From the sequence record EF380022.1: a stretch of DNA of 5,386 bases, one strand, 5' to 3'. Position numbers and translations under genes: made by a program. The notes beneath the pieces were generated by a model that ran no database searches, had not been told where the DNA came from, and was given only the letters and a program-made list of their open reading frames with translations. This DNA is from Escherichia phage phiX174. Below, in pieces: positions 3,981 to 5,386 of the stretch (positions within the stretch are counted from its first letter, which is position 1; every line of letters starts with the position of its first letter).

Positions 3981-5386
3981 ATGGTTCGTTCTTATTACCC
4001 TTCTGAATGTCACGTTGATTATTTTGACTTTGAGCGTATCGAGGCTCTTAAACCTGCTATTGAGGTTTGTGGCATTTCTACTCTTTCTCAATCCCCAATG
4101 CTTGGCTTCTATAAGCAGATGGATAACCGCATTAAGCTCTTGGAAGAGATTCTGTCTTTTCGTATGCAGGGCGTTGAGTTCGATAATGGTGATATGTATG
4201 TTGACGGCCATAAGGCTGCTTCTGACGTTCGTGATGAGTTTGTATCTGTTACTGAGAAGTTAATGGATGAATTGGTACAATGCTACAATGTGCTCCCCCA
4301 ACTTGATATTAATAACACTATAGACCATCGCCCCGAAGGGGACGAAAAATGGTTTTTAGAGAACGAGAAGACGGTTACGCAGTTTTGCCGCAAGCTGGCT
4401 GCTGAACGCCCTCTTAAGGATATTCGCGATGAGTATAATTACCCCAAAAAGAAAGGTATTAAGGATGAGTGTTCAAGATTGCTGGAGGCCTCCACTATGA
4501 AATCGCGTAGAGGCTTTACTATTCAGCGTTTGATGAATGCAATGCGACAGGCTCATGCTGATGGTTGGTTTATTGTTTTTGACACTCTCACGTTGGCTGA
4601 CGACCGATTAGAGGCGTTTTATGATAATCCCAATGCTTTGCGTGACTATTTTCGTGATATTGGTCGTATGGTTCTTGCTGCCGAGGGTCGCAAGGCTAAT
4701 GATTCACACGCCGACTGTTATCAGTATTTTTGTGTGCCTGAGTATGGTACAGCTAATGGCCGTCTTCATTTCCATGCGGTGCACTTTATGCGGACACTTC
4801 CTACAGGTAGCGTTGACCCTAATTTTGGTCGTCGGGTACGCAATCGCCGCCAGTTAAATAGCTTGCAAAATACGTGGCTTTATGGTTACAGTATGCCTAT
4901 CGTAGTTCGCTACACGCAGGACGCTTTTTCACGTTCTGGTTGGTTGTGGCCTGTTGATGCTAAAGGTGAGCCGCTTAAAGCTACCAGTTATATGGCTGTT
5001 GGTTTCTATGTGGCTAAATACGTTAACAAAAAGTCAGATATGGACCTTGCTGCTAAAGGTCTAGGAGCTAAAGAATGGAACAACTCACTAAAAACCAAGC
5101 TGTCGCTACTTCCCAAGAAGCTGTTCAGAATCAGAATGAGTCGCAACTTCGGGATGAAAATGCTCACAATGACAAATCTGTCCACGGAGTGCTTAATCCA
5201 ACTTACCAAGCTGGGTTACGACGCGACGCCGTTCAACCAGATATTGAAGCAGAACGCAAAAAGAGAGATGAGATTGAGGCTGGGAAAAGTTACTGTAGCC
5301 GACGTTTTGGCGGCGCAACCTGTGACGACAAATCTGCTCAAATTTATGCGCGCTTCGATAAAAATGATTGGCGTATCCAACCTGCA
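3981..5386 (+). CDS. A: replication initiation protein A (HUH-type rolling-circle endonuclease), 5' 1406 nt; ORF continues to 1..136 for 513 aa in total
   Basis: ATG 3981 with GGAGG at 3969-3973. I translated codon by codon to the window end and found no stop. MVRSYYPSECH...; HUH-type motif LHFHAVHF (His-Phe-His at 4767-4775) and catalytic tyrosine pair in GFYVAKYVNKK (Tyr codons 5007-5009 and 5019-5021). Missing from the ORF track because there is no stop before the window end. Confidence 0.94.
   Translation, partial: MVRSYYPSECHVDYFDFERIEALKPAIEVCGISTLSQSPMLGFYKQMDNRIKLLEEILSFRMQGVEFDNGDMYVDGHKAASDVRDEFVSVTEKLMDELVQCYNVLPQLDINNTIDHRPEGDEKWFLENEKTVTQFCRKLAAERPLKDIRDEYNYPKKKGIKDECSRLLEASTMKSRRGFTIQRLMNAMRQAHADGWFIVFDTLTLADDRLEAFYDNPNALRDYFRDIGRMVLAAEGRKANDSHADCYQYFCVPEYGTANGRLHFHAVHFMRTLPTGSVDPNFGRRVRNRRQLNSLQNTWLYGYSMPIVVRYTQDAFSRSGWLWPVDAKGEPLKATSYMAVGFYVAKYVNKKSDMDLAAKGLGAKEWNNSLKTKLSLLPKKLFRIRMSRNFGMKMLTMTNLSTECLIQLTKLGYDATPFNQILKQNAKREMRLRLGKVTVADVLAAQPVTTNLLKFMRASIKMIGVSNL
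4299..4328 (+). other. ori: viral (+) strand origin of rolling-circle replication inside gene A; A-protein nick expected between G4305 and A4306
   Basis: Sequence caacttgatattaataacactatagaccat matches the conserved 30-nt microvirus origin at 29 of 30 positions as I recall it (canonical final base is C); it sits in the expected place in A. Confidence 0.8.
4497..5386 (+). CDS. A*: A* - in-frame internal start within A (shorter A isoform), continuing to 1..136
   Basis: In-frame ATG at 4497-4499 preceded by GGAGG at 4484-4488 (8-nt spacing), encoding MKSRRGF...; the position matches the known A* start of phiX174. Confidence 0.75.
   Translation, partial: MKSRRGFTIQRLMNAMRQAHADGWFIVFDTLTLADDRLEAFYDNPNALRDYFRDIGRMVLAAEGRKANDSHADCYQYFCVPEYGTANGRLHFHAVHFMRTLPTGSVDPNFGRRVRNRRQLNSLQNTWLYGYSMPIVVRYTQDAFSRSGWLWPVDAKGEPLKATSYMAVGFYVAKYVNKKSDMDLAAKGLGAKEWNNSLKTKLSLLPKKLFRIRMSRNFGMKMLTMTNLSTECLIQLTKLGYDATPFNQILKQNAKREMRLRLGKVTVADVLAAQPVTTNLLKFMRASIKMIGVSNL
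4863..4892 (+). promoter_or_regulatory. candidate promoter PB inside gene A, upstream of B
   Basis: -35-like TTGCAA at 4863-4868; 18-nt spacer; -10-like TACAGT at 4887-4892. Motif match only. Confidence 0.3.
5075..5386 (+). CDS. B: internal scaffolding protein B, 5' part; ORF continues to 1..51 for 120 aa in total; entirely inside A in another frame
   Basis: ATG 5075 with AGGAG at 5063-5067; MEQLTKNQAVATSQEAVQNQNESQLRDENAHNDKSVHGVLNPTYQAGLRRDAVQPDIEAERKKRDEIEAGKSYCSRRFGGATCDDKSAQIYARFDKNDWRIQPA... open to the window end. Confidence 0.92.
   Translation, partial: MEQLTKNQAVATSQEAVQNQNESQLRDENAHNDKSVHGVLNPTYQAGLRRDAVQPDIEAERKKRDEIEAGKSYCSRRFGGATCDDKSAQIYARFDKNDWRIQPA

Noticed and set aside
948-4857. 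Plus-strand alternative-frame ORFs (948..1196, 1572..1775, 1998..2234, 2543..2776, 3073..3684, 3742..3924, 3946..4263, 4621..4857), including a 203-codon frame inside H
   Set aside because: They are Leu/Phe/Val-rich hydrophobic translations typical of off-frame reading of T-rich third positions, with non-ATG or unsupported starts and no convincing RBS, and they match no known microvirus protein. The genome does use overlapping genes, so the 3073..3684 frame cannot be fully excluded without conservation analysis, but nothing in the sequence supports it.
474-5209. All minus-strand ORFs in the track (474..821, 818..1051, 1094..1621, 1772..2167, 2518..2742, 2880..3449, 3480..3671, 3921..4211, 5006..5209)
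   Set aside because: Microvirus genes are all transcribed from one strand, and the + strand is fully accounted for by recognised proteins. These ORFs lack Shine-Dalgarno sites and have the Arg/Ser/Asn/Ile-rich low-complexity composition expected from antisense reading of T-rich codons.
1-5386. A novel inserted system, mobile element, CRISPR array, tRNA or other RNA gene
   Set aside because: The length equals the canonical genome, every segment is explained by known microvirus genes or the three known intergenic regions, and no repeat-spacer arrays, terminal inverted repeats or tRNA-like structures were seen. The noteworthy signals are point substitutions, not new gene content.
5382-5386. Window ends as a biological boundary (for example a prophage or insertion junction)
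   Set aside because: The ends rebuild a PstI site and close the A and B reading frames, so the boundary is just the conventional linearisation point of a circular genome.

Overview
The window is a complete, unit-length genome of a phiX174-like microvirus (ssDNA coliphage, Microviridae), linearised at the conventional PstI site: the last five bases (ctgca) plus base 1 (g) rebuild CTGCAG, and the window length (5386) equals the phiX174 genome. All eleven canonical genes are on the + strand in the canonical order (A, A*, B, K, C, D, E, J, F, G, H), with the classic overlaps (B inside A, K across the A/C junction, E inside D). Genes A, A* and B run off the 3' end and finish at the 5' end of the window, which is why the ORF track lacks them; K and J are simply too short for it. 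There is no sign of an inserted or novel system: no net indel, no extra gene, no RNA genes, CRISPR or mobile elements. What is worth a second look is substitution-level variation: (1) gene C ends at an in-frame TAA (367-369), 8 codons before the canonical TGA that overlaps the D start (391-393); (2) compared with the canonical phiX174 sequence as I recall it (not aligned), the window differs at roughly 2% of sites, mostly C->T on the given strand and often amino-acid-changing in A, F, G and H; (3) several of these changes fall in functional non-coding elements (J-F hairpin, F-G hairpin loop, last base of the 30-nt origin). The sequence could be phage S13, a natural phiX-like isolate, or a mutagenised or evolved phiX174; an alignment is needed to decide.
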